From: Eledone cirrhosa | Lineage: Eukaryota | Length of the DNA: 64,000 nt | NCBI GenBank assembly: GCA_964016885.1 | Contig: OZ024740.1 | Span: 160,952,001 to 161,016,000, forward strand | Direction of reading: 5' to 3' | In this document: in pieces, positions 23,682 through 36,289 of the stretch | How positions within the stretch are numbered: position 1 is the first letter of the stretch | Layout: every line of letters starts with the position of its first letter | Notes under the pieces: generated by a model | Databases searched by the model: none | What the model was told of the DNA's origin: nothing | Seen by the model: only the letters and a program-made list of their open reading frames with translations | Position numbers and translations under genes: made by a program

Positions 23682-24060
23682 GGAGGCACATGGCTTAGTG
23701 GTTAGAGCATTGGGCTTGCAATCGAAAGGTTGTGAGTTCAATTCTCAGACCTGGTGATGCGTTGTTTCCTTGAGCAAGACACTTTATTTCACATTGCTCC
23801 AGTTTACTCAGCTGTAGAAATGAGATGATAGGACTGGGGTCCCTATCATCCACTGCAAAGTGGTCGTGGACGTGCACGGCAAAAAAGTACCCAGCCCACA
23901 CTGTAAAGTGGACGTGTAGGCACCACGGCAAAAAAGCACCCAGCACTCACTGTAAATGAGGTTGGTGTTAGGAAGGGCATCCAGCTGTAGAAATCAAGCC
24001 AGAATCAGTTCCCATCCCATCCTTGCAAGCAGGGAAAAGCGGGCGTAAAATGATAATGAT
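23682..24060 (+). mobile_element. tRNA-SINE family A with an alternative RTE tail
   Basis: Head matches 17949. It ends CCTTGCAAGCAGGGAAAAGCGGGCGTAAAATGAT, like the LINE ends at 32062-32105 and 52540-52590. Confidence 0.9.
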
Positions 24061-24101
24061 ATATACATACATACACGCACACACACACATACATAAATAA
24101 A

Positions 24102-27100
24102 TAAATGGCGACAATCGGACGTGTGTAATTACGGCTTACATAAAGGCAACATACCATATACTGGAAAAAGTTGAGCTACATTACGCGGTAAGATTACATA
24201 CAATAATTCTACATAAGTGTTTGAACTGTAAGTGTGTTGTAAAACACCTATTTATATGAACGATACATACACTTTAACATATAAATGCAACGTTGTTATA
24301 TTACATTTATAAAGAAATATAAAAGTAACGTTTTCGATTCAGAAACAAAAACATGTGTTTGAACTGTGAATAAGTTGTAGAACACCTATTTATATGAATG
24401 ATACATAAACTTTAACATATAAATACAGCGTTGTTATATTATGTTACATTCATAAAGAAATATACTAAGTAACGGTTCTTTTTGTTCTCGATTCAAACGA
24501 TTCAAGAACAACGTTTAAAACACAGTTGTAGAATTAAAAACTAACTGAAAAGAAATATTACCCAAGCTGTGAATAACTTTAAATTTGATTCTGACAGAAA
24601 TTTGTCGAAACTTTTAAAGAAGATCATCGACTATTTTTAAAAATAAATACGAAATATTAGTGAATAGATGAACTCATCATGGCAAAAAGTACAAGCCTCC
24701 TTCGACCAAATCGCAACTACAACCGTTGTATACAGTGGAGCTACGAGCTTAACAAAGTATTATATGAAGCATACAAACAATCTGAACCCCAAAAGTTCGG
24801 TTTTATGCAAAGGCTAAAAACTTTATGGAACTCCAAACACCCAGAATTAGACTTTTCTCCAAAGCATTTAAATGAACAGGCAAAACGTATCATTAGATGT
24901 AAATTGATACATCTAACGGAATTGAGTGATACTACAAATACAGCCCTTGTATACAACCACCCCACCTCCACTGACAGACAAAGAGAATGGCCAGCTAAAT
25001 CTAACAGTGAACAGCTCACCAACAATTTTGCTGAAATCCATCCCACTTCCACTGAAGAACAGCGAGAAAGGTCAGCTAACTCTAGTAGTAATTGTCACCA
25101 CATCAACAACGAGGTTGAAATTCATGACTCTACTGAGCAAACAGAGCACCAAAAGCTTGTGGACACCCTACAAGTGACATGGAACGATATGTTTCAAGAG
25201 ATACACAGCCTTAATGTGAGTGACAGACCATACAACACCAGAATCAGTAAAGAACCCACTAAATTGGAATTGGAAGCGGTGAACGAAATAGCTGGCAATT
25301 ATCTGAAGGCTATACGATCTAAAGGTGTAGAAACGACATTTGAAACGCTTAATGTTTTGTTATATGTTTCAGCTGTCACATTGCTATCATATAACACACA
25401 TCTAAAACCACCTAAACAAGATACAAACAGAAAGCCTGAACCAGCGTGGATGCGAAATTTAAAAACCAAAATTTTGTCCCTGAGACGAAGTATCTCACAC
25501 ATCGCAGTCGTTATGAAATGCAACATAGAGAGCAACTTCACACGACACCAGGAAGACCTAAAGAAAAAGTTAGAGAGACGATTTGGAGATACAAAATTTA
25601 AAACTTTAAAATCCAAATTACACCAGTTGAAACAACAACTCACAGCTACAGCAGAAAGACTAAAATATAAGTCAACAGCACATAAACGACAAGTGCTAAA
25701 TAGATTGTTTGCCAGAGATCCTAAATCAGTTTATCGCAGCTTCGGTGGCAAAAGCTCAATCCCTGTAAACGACACCCCTTCAAAAGAACAGGTTGAGAGC
25801 TACTGGAGATCTGTATGGGAAACGGATGACGGATTCAACAGACAAGCTAATTGGCTAAAAGAACTGGAATAGGACTACTGCCAACATGTCCAGATAAAAC
25901 AATATGACATAGATAGGTCAATACTGGAAACAGCACTACAGAAAATGTCGAATAGGAAATCGCCAGGCCCAGACCTCATTACAGGATAATGGTTGAATAA
26001 TTTCACTTTCTATCGGCAAGATCTCATACGGCTGTTTACAGAAACCATTAAAGGCACACAAGAACTGCCCAGATGGTTATCAACTGCCACTACTCTCTTC
26101 ATTCCCCAAAATAGCCAAACCACCCTTGCTAAAAATTACCGCCCAATAGCCTGCCAAATCATCATGTATAAATTATATACTGGGTGCCTTAACCTGTTCT
26201 TACAGGATCACTGTGCTACCAACAACATCATAACACCTGAGCAAGCTGGTGGAAAGAGGGAGGTGTGGGGTTGCATAGATCACCTACTAACTAACAAAAT
26301 GATTCAGGAAAAAACAACAAAGAATCGCAGAAATATGACTGTGGTGTGGCTGGACTATCAAAAAGCATTTGATAGTGTACCTCATGGGTGGATTATTAAG
26401 GCTTTACAGTTAGCTAACGTCCCACAACCATTGGTAGCTGCTGTTGAACGCCTGACCAAGAACTGGTACACCAATTTGATCCTTAGAGGTGAGAAGGAGA
26501 AAGTTAAGACTGATAAGATACATTTCCAGAAGGGCATCTTTCAGGGTGATAGCTTGTCAGTGCTACTCTTCGTTCTCTCACTGAATCCACTATCTTACCT
26601 ACTCAGGAAACAGGGTGGACAAAGAAGTGGGCCCAGAAGTATCTCCCATCTTTTCTTTGTTGATGACCTGAAGTTGTATGGGCCAAATATCAATGACATC
26701 AAGAAACAATTGGACCTCATTACACAATTTTCAACCGACATCAAAATGAAATTTGGTGAGTCCAAGTGTGCATATTTGGCAATAAAACGTGGAAGAGCTG
26801 TGCCCTCCTCTAGAAATATAGAGAGGAACGGCCTGACAATACAACTTCTGCAGTCATGTGACAACTACAGATATCTTGGACAGGATGAGAATGTCAGATA
26901 TGATGGACCCATAAATAAGGAGAGAACCAGAACTGAATACCTCAGAAGAGTAAAGAAAATATGGTCATCAGAACTGTCAGCATACAACAAATACATTGCC
27001 CACAATACTTATGCTTTGCCAATTCTAACGCCAACATTTGGCCTGCTGAACTGGTCATTGCAAGAACTAAGTGAGATGGATGTTAGACCTCGAAAACTTC

Positions 27101-28262
27101 TCAGTGTTACTGGGAACTTTAACATCAATGGTGATGTGGATAGGCTATACTTCTCACGCAAGGAAGGTGGCCGGGGTCTAAAATCAATATTAACAACATA
27201 TGAGACCCGGATAGTAACACTGGAGCAACACCTTCAACAGAGGAAAAAGGTTGGCAACCATCTTGCCCAGGTTTATGAGCATGAAAAAAAAATATCATTA
27301 GAATAGCGACTGATCTGGAGGAGAGATGTGGAACAAAGCCTGATATAAATCTCTCACCCAGAGAAATCGGAAGATCCTATTCAATGTTCAAACAAGATTA
27401 AAAAATTGACCAATTTACAGAAAAAGTTGTTCATGGATACTTGAGACGTAAAACACAGACCATAGAGGGGATAAACCACTCAAAAAGCCTGGCATGAAGT
27501 TCCGACAAGTCTATGACATCACACCTTGAGGGATATCTCTATGCAATACAGGAACAAGAAATCCCTACCAAATATCGGCTGCACAAAATAGGAAGGCCAG
27601 CAGCTGACAATAAATGTAGGCTATGTAAAACAAAGATCGAGGATGTAAGCCACATTGTTGCCAGCTGCGAGTGAATGTCATCTCGCTACTACCTCCCCAT
27701 GAGACACGATGGGATAGCTAGAACCATCTGGAACGCACTTCGGAAAACAAAATTAACAACAAACGAGGAAGAATATATTGAGACAGATGGCACTAAGGAA
27801 TACTGGTGGAACCTGAAAATAAAAACTGCCACCAAATTAAAGCACAACCAGCCTGATATTGTTGTTTGGGACCACACATTGAAAACGTGTTCTGTTGTGG
27901 AGATCAGCTGCCCACTTGATGTAAACGTTGTCAGAAAAATACAGGAGAAGGAGGACATCTACGGACCATTGATGAGGAGTTTACAAATCCAGTATCCAAG
28001 ATACACCTTTAGCTTCATACCCATCATTATTGGAGCTACGGGTTATATACCAACCCGCTTGGACCAAAGTATGACTGAACTTGGATTTGCGGACAAAAAG
28101 CGCAGCTCCCTAATTCATAGTCTACAAATGGCTGCGATAGCTGGCACCTTCAAAATTTGCAAAACATTCTTGCGATTCAAGGGATGACAATTTCTTTTCT
28201 TTTACAACCTTGCCACCAGGAAGGTGGCCGGTCAAAAAAATATACTCGAAATTAAGAGAAAG
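24102..28262 (+). mobile_element. Near full-length RLE-type non-LTR retrotransposon (R4/Dong clade), disrupted
   Basis: A single long ORF region with RT, a CCHC knuckle and a restriction-like endonuclease. Flanked by (CATA)n-rich repeats. Confidence 0.9.
24679..28187 (+). pseudogene. RT-CCHC-RLE polyprotein with in-frame stops (25870, 25988) and a frameshift (~27290)
   Basis: KSPGPD, NYRPIAC, WLDYQKAFDSVPH, GIFQGDSLS, HLFFVDDLKLY, YRYLG, RLYFSRKEGGRGL, CRLCKTKIEDVSHIVASC, RHDGIA, KHNQPDIV, VEISCP, KEDIY. Confidence 0.93.
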
Positions 28263-28318
28263 AGATATACATACATACATACATACATACATACATACAT
28301 ACAACATACATACATACA

Positions 28319-28927
28319 TGGTGGCTGCCGACTCGTTTTCGAGTACGGCCACTACTTTATATCCATGTAGGAGAACCCCTACCGATGCGTTGAACAAGTG
28401 TGACTTTTCAGTCCAGCCAGCGACTTGAAGACTCTAGTACAAACACTACATTTGTGACAATTACTGACACATAGTGCTGGGCCCATGGTACCATGTGATT
28501 ACAAGTGCAGAGAGATTTCCATATATAAAGCAATGCTTGTGTCGTGAAGTTTTTATAGTGAGCAAAGGCACTGCACAAAGCCAGTCCCACTCTCTTAACC
28601 AAGATGATATTTATCAAAAAGAAGAACAAGTCAACATCATTGGATACCATCAGGGTTGCAGGTGTTATATCAGAGTTTTCCTTCTCCTAGAATTCTGCCT
28701 TGACAAAGGCTAAGGGGTCATCTCTCCCGGTGATTTTGAATGGCCATTGACTCTTAAGAGCTCCTTTGCCCTTTGACAGGTTTTGTTTTTAGTCCTGCAG
28801 GATATCCAAAGTCACCCTCCTCACCAAGAAACCTTGGTGGGGTTGCCAGTTTAGTCGCCAACGACCCGACCATGAGCCAGGTTGTACTGGGATACATGTT
28901 ACCAGTAGCACCAACTGGTGACCTGAC
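28319..28927 (-). mobile_element. ~610-bp non-coding RTE-derived non-autonomous retroelement, copy A
   Basis: Contains the RTE 5' UTR-type motif TCTAGGAGAAGGAAAACTCTGAT (recalled family motif) and a (TATG)n tail. Highly similar to copy B. Confidence 0.75.
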
Positions 28928-28944
28928 ATACATACATACATACA

Positions 28945-29556
28945 TGGTGGTGGCTGCCAACTTGTTTTCGAGTACGGCCACTACTTTATATCCATGTAGG
29001 AGAACCCCTACCGAAGCGCTGAACGAGTGTGACTTTTTAGTCCAGCCAGCGACTTGAAAACTCTGGTACAAACACTACACTTGTGACAATTATTGACACA
29101 TAGTGCTGGGCCCATGGTACCATGTGACGACAAGTGCAGAGAGATCTCCAGATATAAAGCAATGCCTGTGCCGTGAAGCTTTTATAGTGAGCAAAGGCAC
29201 TGCACAAAGCCAGTCCCACTCTCTTAACCAAGATGATATTTACCAAAAAGAAGAACAAGTCAACATCATTGGATACCATCAGGGTTGCAGGTGTTATATC
29301 AGAGTTTTCCTTCTCCTAGAATTCTGCCTTGACAAAGGCTAAGGGGTCATCTCTCCCGGTGATTTTGGATGGCCATTGACTCTTAAGAGCTCCTTTGCCT
29401 TTTGACAGGTTTTGTTTTTAGTCCTGCAGGATGTCCAAAGTCACCCTCCTCACCAAGATACCTTGGTGGGGTTGCCAGTTTAGTCGCCAACGACCCGACC
29501 ATGAGACAGGTTGTACTGGGATACATGTTACCAGTAGCACCAACTGGTGACCTGAC
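28945..29556 (-). mobile_element. ~610-bp non-coding RTE-derived non-autonomous retroelement, copy B (tandem)
   Basis: Direct repeat of 28319-28927, separated by (CATA)n. Confidence 0.75.
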
Positions 29557-30069
29557 ATACATACATACATACATACATACATACATACATACATACATAC
29601 ATACATACATACATACATACATACATACATACATGTGTGTGTGTGTGTGTAAGTGTATAGTATATGTATATAAAATAAAATGTTGTAGTTTGCTTGAAGC
29701 ATTGTTTATAATATATAACGTTGAAAGATATAGAAGACTAAACAATGCAAAATGGACTGTAAGATGAGGTAACGAAAATTGAGTTACCTGGTAATCTTTT
29801 TGTTATTTTGTTGTTGTTTTTCTTTCATCTGTCCATAATTTCAGGGCCTTCAGGGTTTAAGGTAGTTTAAGGTACTTTAAGGTACTTTCAGTGGATAATG
29901 TTCCAATTTCCTCTCTTTGGAATAAAATTTTGATCTTGATTTTTTTTTATGGTTATTTCGTTTTCCTCGTGAATGACATCTATTGCCAATATAGTATTTC
30001 GCGAAATCAATTTCCTTTTTTGTATGAGATGATTAGTTTGTGTGCCTCTGGATGTGTCTTTTAATGTCA

Positions 30070-30530
30070 AGTAGTGAGTTCTAATCCATTATTTATTTGT
30101 GGGTTGAGTCTATGTATGAGCAAGGCTTCCTTAATTCTTAAGTTGCCCATATTTCTATCAATGGCTTTAATAGTAACAATAATGCGTTTGTTGATGTTTC
30201 TATATTTGGCAACGTGATTTTGAATGAGGATGCGCGTGTGTTGAGGTATTCTTTAATGCGAGTGTGGAGTGCTCGAGTTGTGCTACCAATTTAGAACTCC
30301 TTAAATTTGTTGCTTTGAATCCGGTATACCATATGTGTCCACTGGCACATATCATGGATAGGGCAGTTAGTCATTGATTGTTGTTATCTCTGGATTGCGT
30401 TTTAGACAGTTATCCATGCAGTGAAGGGCTGGAGTGTGCTAACTGTGTGTCCAGTCCTTCTTTGTGGATAGCTGTGGTTATTCTATCCACAAAGAAGGAC
30501 TGGACATACAGTTAGCACACTCTGGCCCTT
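30070..30530 (-). mobile_element. Degenerate PLE GIY-YIG fragment with a 48-bp fold-back at its truncated 5' end
   Basis: The minus strand reads CPIHDMC...VYRIQ...F*IGSTTRALHTRIKEY...LRIKEALLIHRLNPQIN. Inverted repeat 30424-30471 / 30483-30530. Confidence 0.75.
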
Positions 30531-31579
30531 ATATATCTAATTACAATCATATGCATCATGTGTCGATAACCCTATGAAAGAGCATTTGAAAACAAAAAAT
30601 TTGGAAACATCACTATTGATTTTGTTGTGGTTGTTAATGTTGCTGCTGTTGTGGTTCTTGTTGCTGATATTGTACGATTTTGAACAACATCTCTGACATG
30701 GCTTTATAGCACACTTGATATTCTGCTATCTGGTTAACCAAACTTTACAATCACCTTTGTACAGGAATTGACAGCGTTTTATTTAACCCAGTGCCAATAA
30801 AATGCAATACACCATCTGAGAGATGTTTACTATCTTGAAATTTCCTTAATGATTCAAATAACGCTCTAATCATTAAAGGCAGGTTGAAATGATGAGAAAC
30901 GATCATAGGGGAACTACATTCAAGCAATGATTGAATTAGACATGCCCCAAGTGGTTCTGTATACAGAGTTTTTTTTACCAAGATTCATATGTTTGCCGGG
31001 CTTGAGGTGATAGTATTGAAAATACTTGCCCTGAATATGTCGGAGTATGGACAATTACATGATGGCTGTCCAACAATTACATAATTGATGCCATTGTACA
31101 TCAATAACAGCAATGATGTGATTAATAAAATGATATAAGATTGTAAAATATTGTCTTATTTTTAATATATATATATATTTTTGTGTGAGTCCCGGGTTCA
31201 ATCAGTAAGTAAGGTACTCAATACATTAATAGAGAGTAAACAAGAAATTTAATATAGAAATGGCTTCCACATGGGTAGAACTGTTTCATTCGAAGGAAAT
31301 CATCAGGAAAGCCATGTTTTCTGGTAGTTGTGGAAGGTAGTGATTGTAGGATGAGTAAAGGCCATTGCCCAAGGGATTTTAAAGAAAAGGGATTCTTTGA
31401 AAAACTATTTTTAGCAAGGGATTTTAAAGAAAAGAGATTTTTTGAAAAGACTATTTTTAAAAATATACACATTAATACAATGACAGATAAAAAGCAAGGT
31501 TCTCATTCACACTTAAATACCTATAGATACTCATACATACTGACACCCACACATGTTTTAGGATTCATTTATTCTACCT

Positions 31580-31681
31580 AAACAAAGAGATTTCATTAAG
31601 TGGCTGTATTGTCAGGCATTGATACCAAAATTTCTTTGGCTAGAGCCTGACAATACAGCCACTTAATGAAATTTTTTGTTT
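31580..31681. repeat. Isolated hairpin with a perfect 28-bp stem (31590-31617 / 31645-31672) and a 27-nt loop
   Basis: ATTTCATTAAGTGGCTGTATTGTCAGGC ... GCCTGACAATACAGCCACTTAATGAAAT. Confidence 0.85.
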
Positions 31682-32061
31682 ACTTAGAATATATTAAGAC
31701 CAGTGCTGCAATGAAGACATACCAATCCTCTATTAAATGGAAGGTATATAAATAGGCTCAAATGTGCAGATAATGCAATGATGAGAGGTGGGAGATACTT
31801 AATAACCTTTACACCAACAACAGACCTCTGAATACCCACTACATTTCTTCTCTCAATGTCCCCATTACATGAAGCTGGCCTCCATAACAACTAACACTGA
31901 AAACATGTTTTCCACCTATAAATTAACTTTAGCCCTAGCTTATCCCTCCTGTCAAATATTTGATTTAGCTTACATAACATGTAACTACATTCATTAATCC
32001 TAACTGCAAGTGATATCCTCCCTATGGATTTTTTTTTTAAAATTGATTAATTTCTTCCTTC

Positions 32062-34370
32062 CATCATCATCATCATTTTACGCCCGCTTTTCCCTACTTG
32101 CAAGGGTGGGACAGATCCTATTCAGCACAGCATCTCGCCACTTGTCATGGTCCTTTGTCATCTCCACCATGAGCTTCAGTGATCTGAGGTCCACTCTCAC
32201 CACTTCCGCCCATGTTTTTCGTGGTCTTCCTCTTCTATGTCTTCCTTTAACTGGCATTTCTTGGCACTTCTTCCCCCATCGGTCATCCTCCATGTGCATC
32301 ACATGTCCATACCATCGCAGTCTCCTCTCCCGTACACTACTATTTATCCCTCTCAGACACAGTTTCTCTCTCAACACATCCATGATCGGCCATTCACGCA
32401 CATTGTCATTGCACATCCAACGGAGCATGCTTGCCTCATTTCTCTCCAGCCATCGCATATCCTCTGCAGTTGCTGCCCATGTCTCACTGCCATGCAGCAT
32501 CGCGCACCTCACACAGTCATCATATAACCGGCCTTTTGTACGCAGGGAGAAACCCTTCAGCAGAGGAAGCAGCTCCCTAAACTTCTTCTAATCCATCCTT
32601 ATTCTAGATACTATGGCCTTGGAACACCCCCTCCCATGCTAATCTGATCACCTAGGTACCGGAAGCTATCAACCATTTCTATAGCACCCACCTGCATTTA
32701 AAAAATGTGTCTATCAATGCGACTTCTACTGTCAAATTCCCCTGTACATCTACTGCATACATATTTCTCCCTACCTGTTAGCTTGCCTGCTATCCCACTA
32801 CATCTCTTGTGTACCCAAGATCTGCATTGTGTACATTTTATAGAATTTATGCCAGCTCCTTTTCTGCATATCGAAAATGGCCATTTCCCTGATGGAATCA
32901 GAGTTTTGTCCTCTTTTCTACTCATCAACACTTTTGTCTTAGTTAGGTTCACTCTCAGTTCTCTTGATTCCAGCTGCTGTTTCCATAGCTAGAATTTATT
33001 CTCTAGCTCCTCTACTGATTCTGCTATAAGAACCAGATTGTCAGCATAGAGAAGTTCCCATGGACAGCCAATCTTAAACTCCTCTGTAATGGCTTGGAGG
33101 ACTATAATGAACAAGAGCAGGCTGAGAACCGAACCCTGATGTACTCCTACTTGTATCTTGAATTCCTTACAAAACTCCATTCCTACCCTGACTTTACTAA
33201 CAGCACCTCTGTACAAAGTTTCCACTGTCCTCACAAACCATTCCTCAACACCTAGCTTCCTTAGGGATCACCAAATGACAGATCGGGGTACCCTATCAAA
33301 GGCCTTCTCTTGGTCAACAAAGGCTAAGTATAGTGGCTTATTCTTCTCTAAGAACCTCTCTTGTAATTGTCTCACTAAGAAAAGGGCATCTGTTGTACTT
33401 TTCCCAGGCACAAAACCAAACTGCATCTCATTTAGTTTGACCCTTTCTCTAATTAGTTGTGCTAATATCCTCTCTGCTACTTTGTATAACCTGATCTATC
33501 AGTTTTATGCCCCTATAATTGCTCCTCTCCAGAGCATCCCCTTTAACTTTGTAGCAATTTATGAGAATACTGGTGCACCAGTCTTTGGGTATCACACCGC
33601 CATATATATTTCTTTAATCACCTCTTGGACACTTTATTCATCATTCTCAATAACTGGTCCCTCTGTCGGATCTACTGTAGGTAATTTCTCTCTCTCCCAT
33701 TCGTTCTCCACATTCATCAGTCTCTCATAATGACATTTCCAGGCCTCCTTTTTCTGATCATTCGTAACACTAAGTACACCGGCATTATTCTGCACACATT
33801 TATCTCTAACAACATCCTGTCTTGCAATGCGGAACACCGCATGTCTGTGATCTTCTCGTCGCAGAACATTGGCAATCCTCCTACTCTCAGCATCTCTGAG
33901 TGCTAAGTACACCTGACGTCTAGCTTCTCTCTTAGCAGCTGTGTAACCTTCTCTACCCCCAACATTTTCCCAAGCTTTCCATGCTAGTCTTTTGTCTCTA
34001 ATGGCCCTATCTACCGTGCTGTTCCACCACCAGGTCACCCTCTGCTCCAGCCACATGTTCCTTCCGTAGCCTGCAGTAAGTTCTCACGTAAAAAATTCCA
34101 GTTATCATCTATGTCATACGACTCTAAATTGTCTTCTTTTTCGTCATACACATCTTGAAGGGCTTTACTAAATTTGTATTTTAGTGAAAGGTCTTTTAAC
34201 TTCCAGACCTTTCTTCTCCACACCTTCCTGTATGTCTCATTCCGTCTCTTGCTTACTGAGATATCACTAACGACTAGCCTATGCTGTGGGGTACATTCTT
34301 CCCCGCAGTATGCCTTGGTATTTGACACTCTGTCCTGCTGCCTAACTAGCAAGAAGTCAATCTGGCTTAT
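32062..34370 (-). mobile_element. RTE-clade LINE, 5'-truncated and disrupted: APE C-terminus, RT with internal PHD-like Cys cluster, (GAT)n tail
   Basis: QHRLVVSD, TWWWNSTV, GVHQGSVLS, ELLYADNL, NLTKTKVL, CTQCRSWVHKRCSG, MLHGSETW, RLRWYGHV, GRPRKTW. Confidence 0.92.
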
Positions 34371-36289
34371 GTGCTCATATGGATTATGTGCTTCCCTATA
34401 TATTTATAACCCCCCCCCCCCTTTGCCGCTCTCCTATTTCCTTCCTTTATATATTTTATTTCTGGGTCTTTTCCCCAGCACAGGTTGATAAGTTAGTCCA
34501 GCCAATAAAATGTGCATTCCTGTTATGCTGTTATATATTTGTTGTAGCACTGGTCTTATTGATAATATATATATATATATATAGTGTAGGTAGTATAGTG
34601 AAGTACTAGTGTTGGTATAGTGAAGTACTAGTGTTGGTACCATGCAGAATGTATATAATAGAAAAAACGAGGAAGTTTCAAAACTTCCTCTTTTTTTCTA
34701 TTATATATATATATATATAGCAAGAAACCCATATGTAGTTCTTGTGCAAGATTGGCCAAAGTTGTAGTGGTGGTCATAGCATTCAAGAAATAGCATGAAG
34801 TAACTCTAAAATGGCATTGCTTGACTTTGTCATCATCATTATACATATACTTCAGCTCATTTGTCAACTAAACATACCACTCTGAAGAGTGTCCATATGT
34901 TACATAGTGAATATATATGAAAACACTTCAAACTTTTTCTCATCAAGTAACTGAAAATATAAAATTCCCAGTGTGGTCAGTGCTAATAAACTATTTGAAA
35001 TACATTATTTATGTTTTATTCTCTTTACACTTGTTTATTTTGATGGAGAATGTCCTAGTCATCTAGTTGTTCAATATCTGGCATTGTCTCTTGAACAATA
35101 TTTTCGTTTTTAAATTTATGTTTAGCATATTGAATAAAATAATTTTTTTTTTCCTGGACATCATTCAAGGCAAGCAGCTTACACTATAGAATATCAAATT
35201 GTTTTTTAGCTTGTAACACTAAGTTAAAAAAACAGTTAATGAAAAATGTGATTCAATTTTATCAATAGATTATCACTTTTACTGAGTGCATCTTCATTCC
35301 ACCTTTTATTATTGTCTAAAATATTTTGAAATTCATTTTCAAGTTTTTATGCAAATCTATTATAGCTAACACTTTCTAGTGTCACACAGTGCTGGAATAT
35401 TGATATTAAAAATTTATAAATACTGTTTCCACTTTCTACTTTAAAAATGTAAATTGGTGATATTGCACACAACCGATGAATCTGTTCATACCATTTGATT
35501 TAAAATGACTGATTGCTTAGCTTTGATAATCCTCTACTAAAAGGATTTTTATTTCAGATCCATCAATATATCCTTCTCCATTATAGGTAAATTTATATTT
35601 ATTCCACCATCAGTCTAAATACTTTTTGACAAGATGATGTGTTAATAAAATGCACAAAACTTTTTAAATAGTAATTTTATCATAATGGTGGAAGATTCAG
35701 AAGGTAGATTGCAGTGATGTTTCAATAACAAACCAAGATATACAGTAATGCTTTGGTTATTGCACTAGATAGCTTCCTCAAAATACAGGGACAAATGAAA
35801 CTTCTATAATATAGCATAAATACAGATAAGCTATTTTTGAAAGTGATACAGACACAAGTGAAGGTGTGATAATGAAATTATAAATCAGGTTAACTTCATC
35901 AACTTAATTCAAAAGTATACATTCCAACTCCCAATTCATTTGAAATGCAACAATGAGGATGTATTTGAAGAGGAGGATTAAGCTGTGTTTGTTAAACATT
36001 TATTTCTTTATTAATAACTAACCATATCAGGATATTTGTGTTGCAGAGTATCTATATTTTGCACTAAACATTTTTCGTGGTACCAGCACTAAGGAAGTTG
36101 TTATGTTTTGGACGCACCTGAAGGGTCCCCTTGATTCTTTGTTTGATAAGATTTCTAAGACTGAATGCGCTTCCTATCACCATCCACTTTACAGGATGTA
36201 CTGTAACTCAAACTATAAAATTCCTAAATGTGACTAAATTACTCATTCCATGATAGTGAACTATTTTGAAATATCTCGCTTGACATTAG

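Noticed and set aside
28319-29556. CRISPR-like or satellite array
   Set aside because: Only two long direct repeats with retroelement tails plus a dispersed third copy; eukaryotic context and no repeat-spacer structure.
34478-34530. Hammerhead-like ACAGG-TTGATAA-stem...ATGTGCAT-TC-CTGT
   Set aside because: The GAAA box is missing (CAATAAAA); at most a dead remnant.
34878-34930. CTGAAGA...GAAA spacing suggestive of a hammerhead
   Set aside because: Stems I and III do not pair convincingly.
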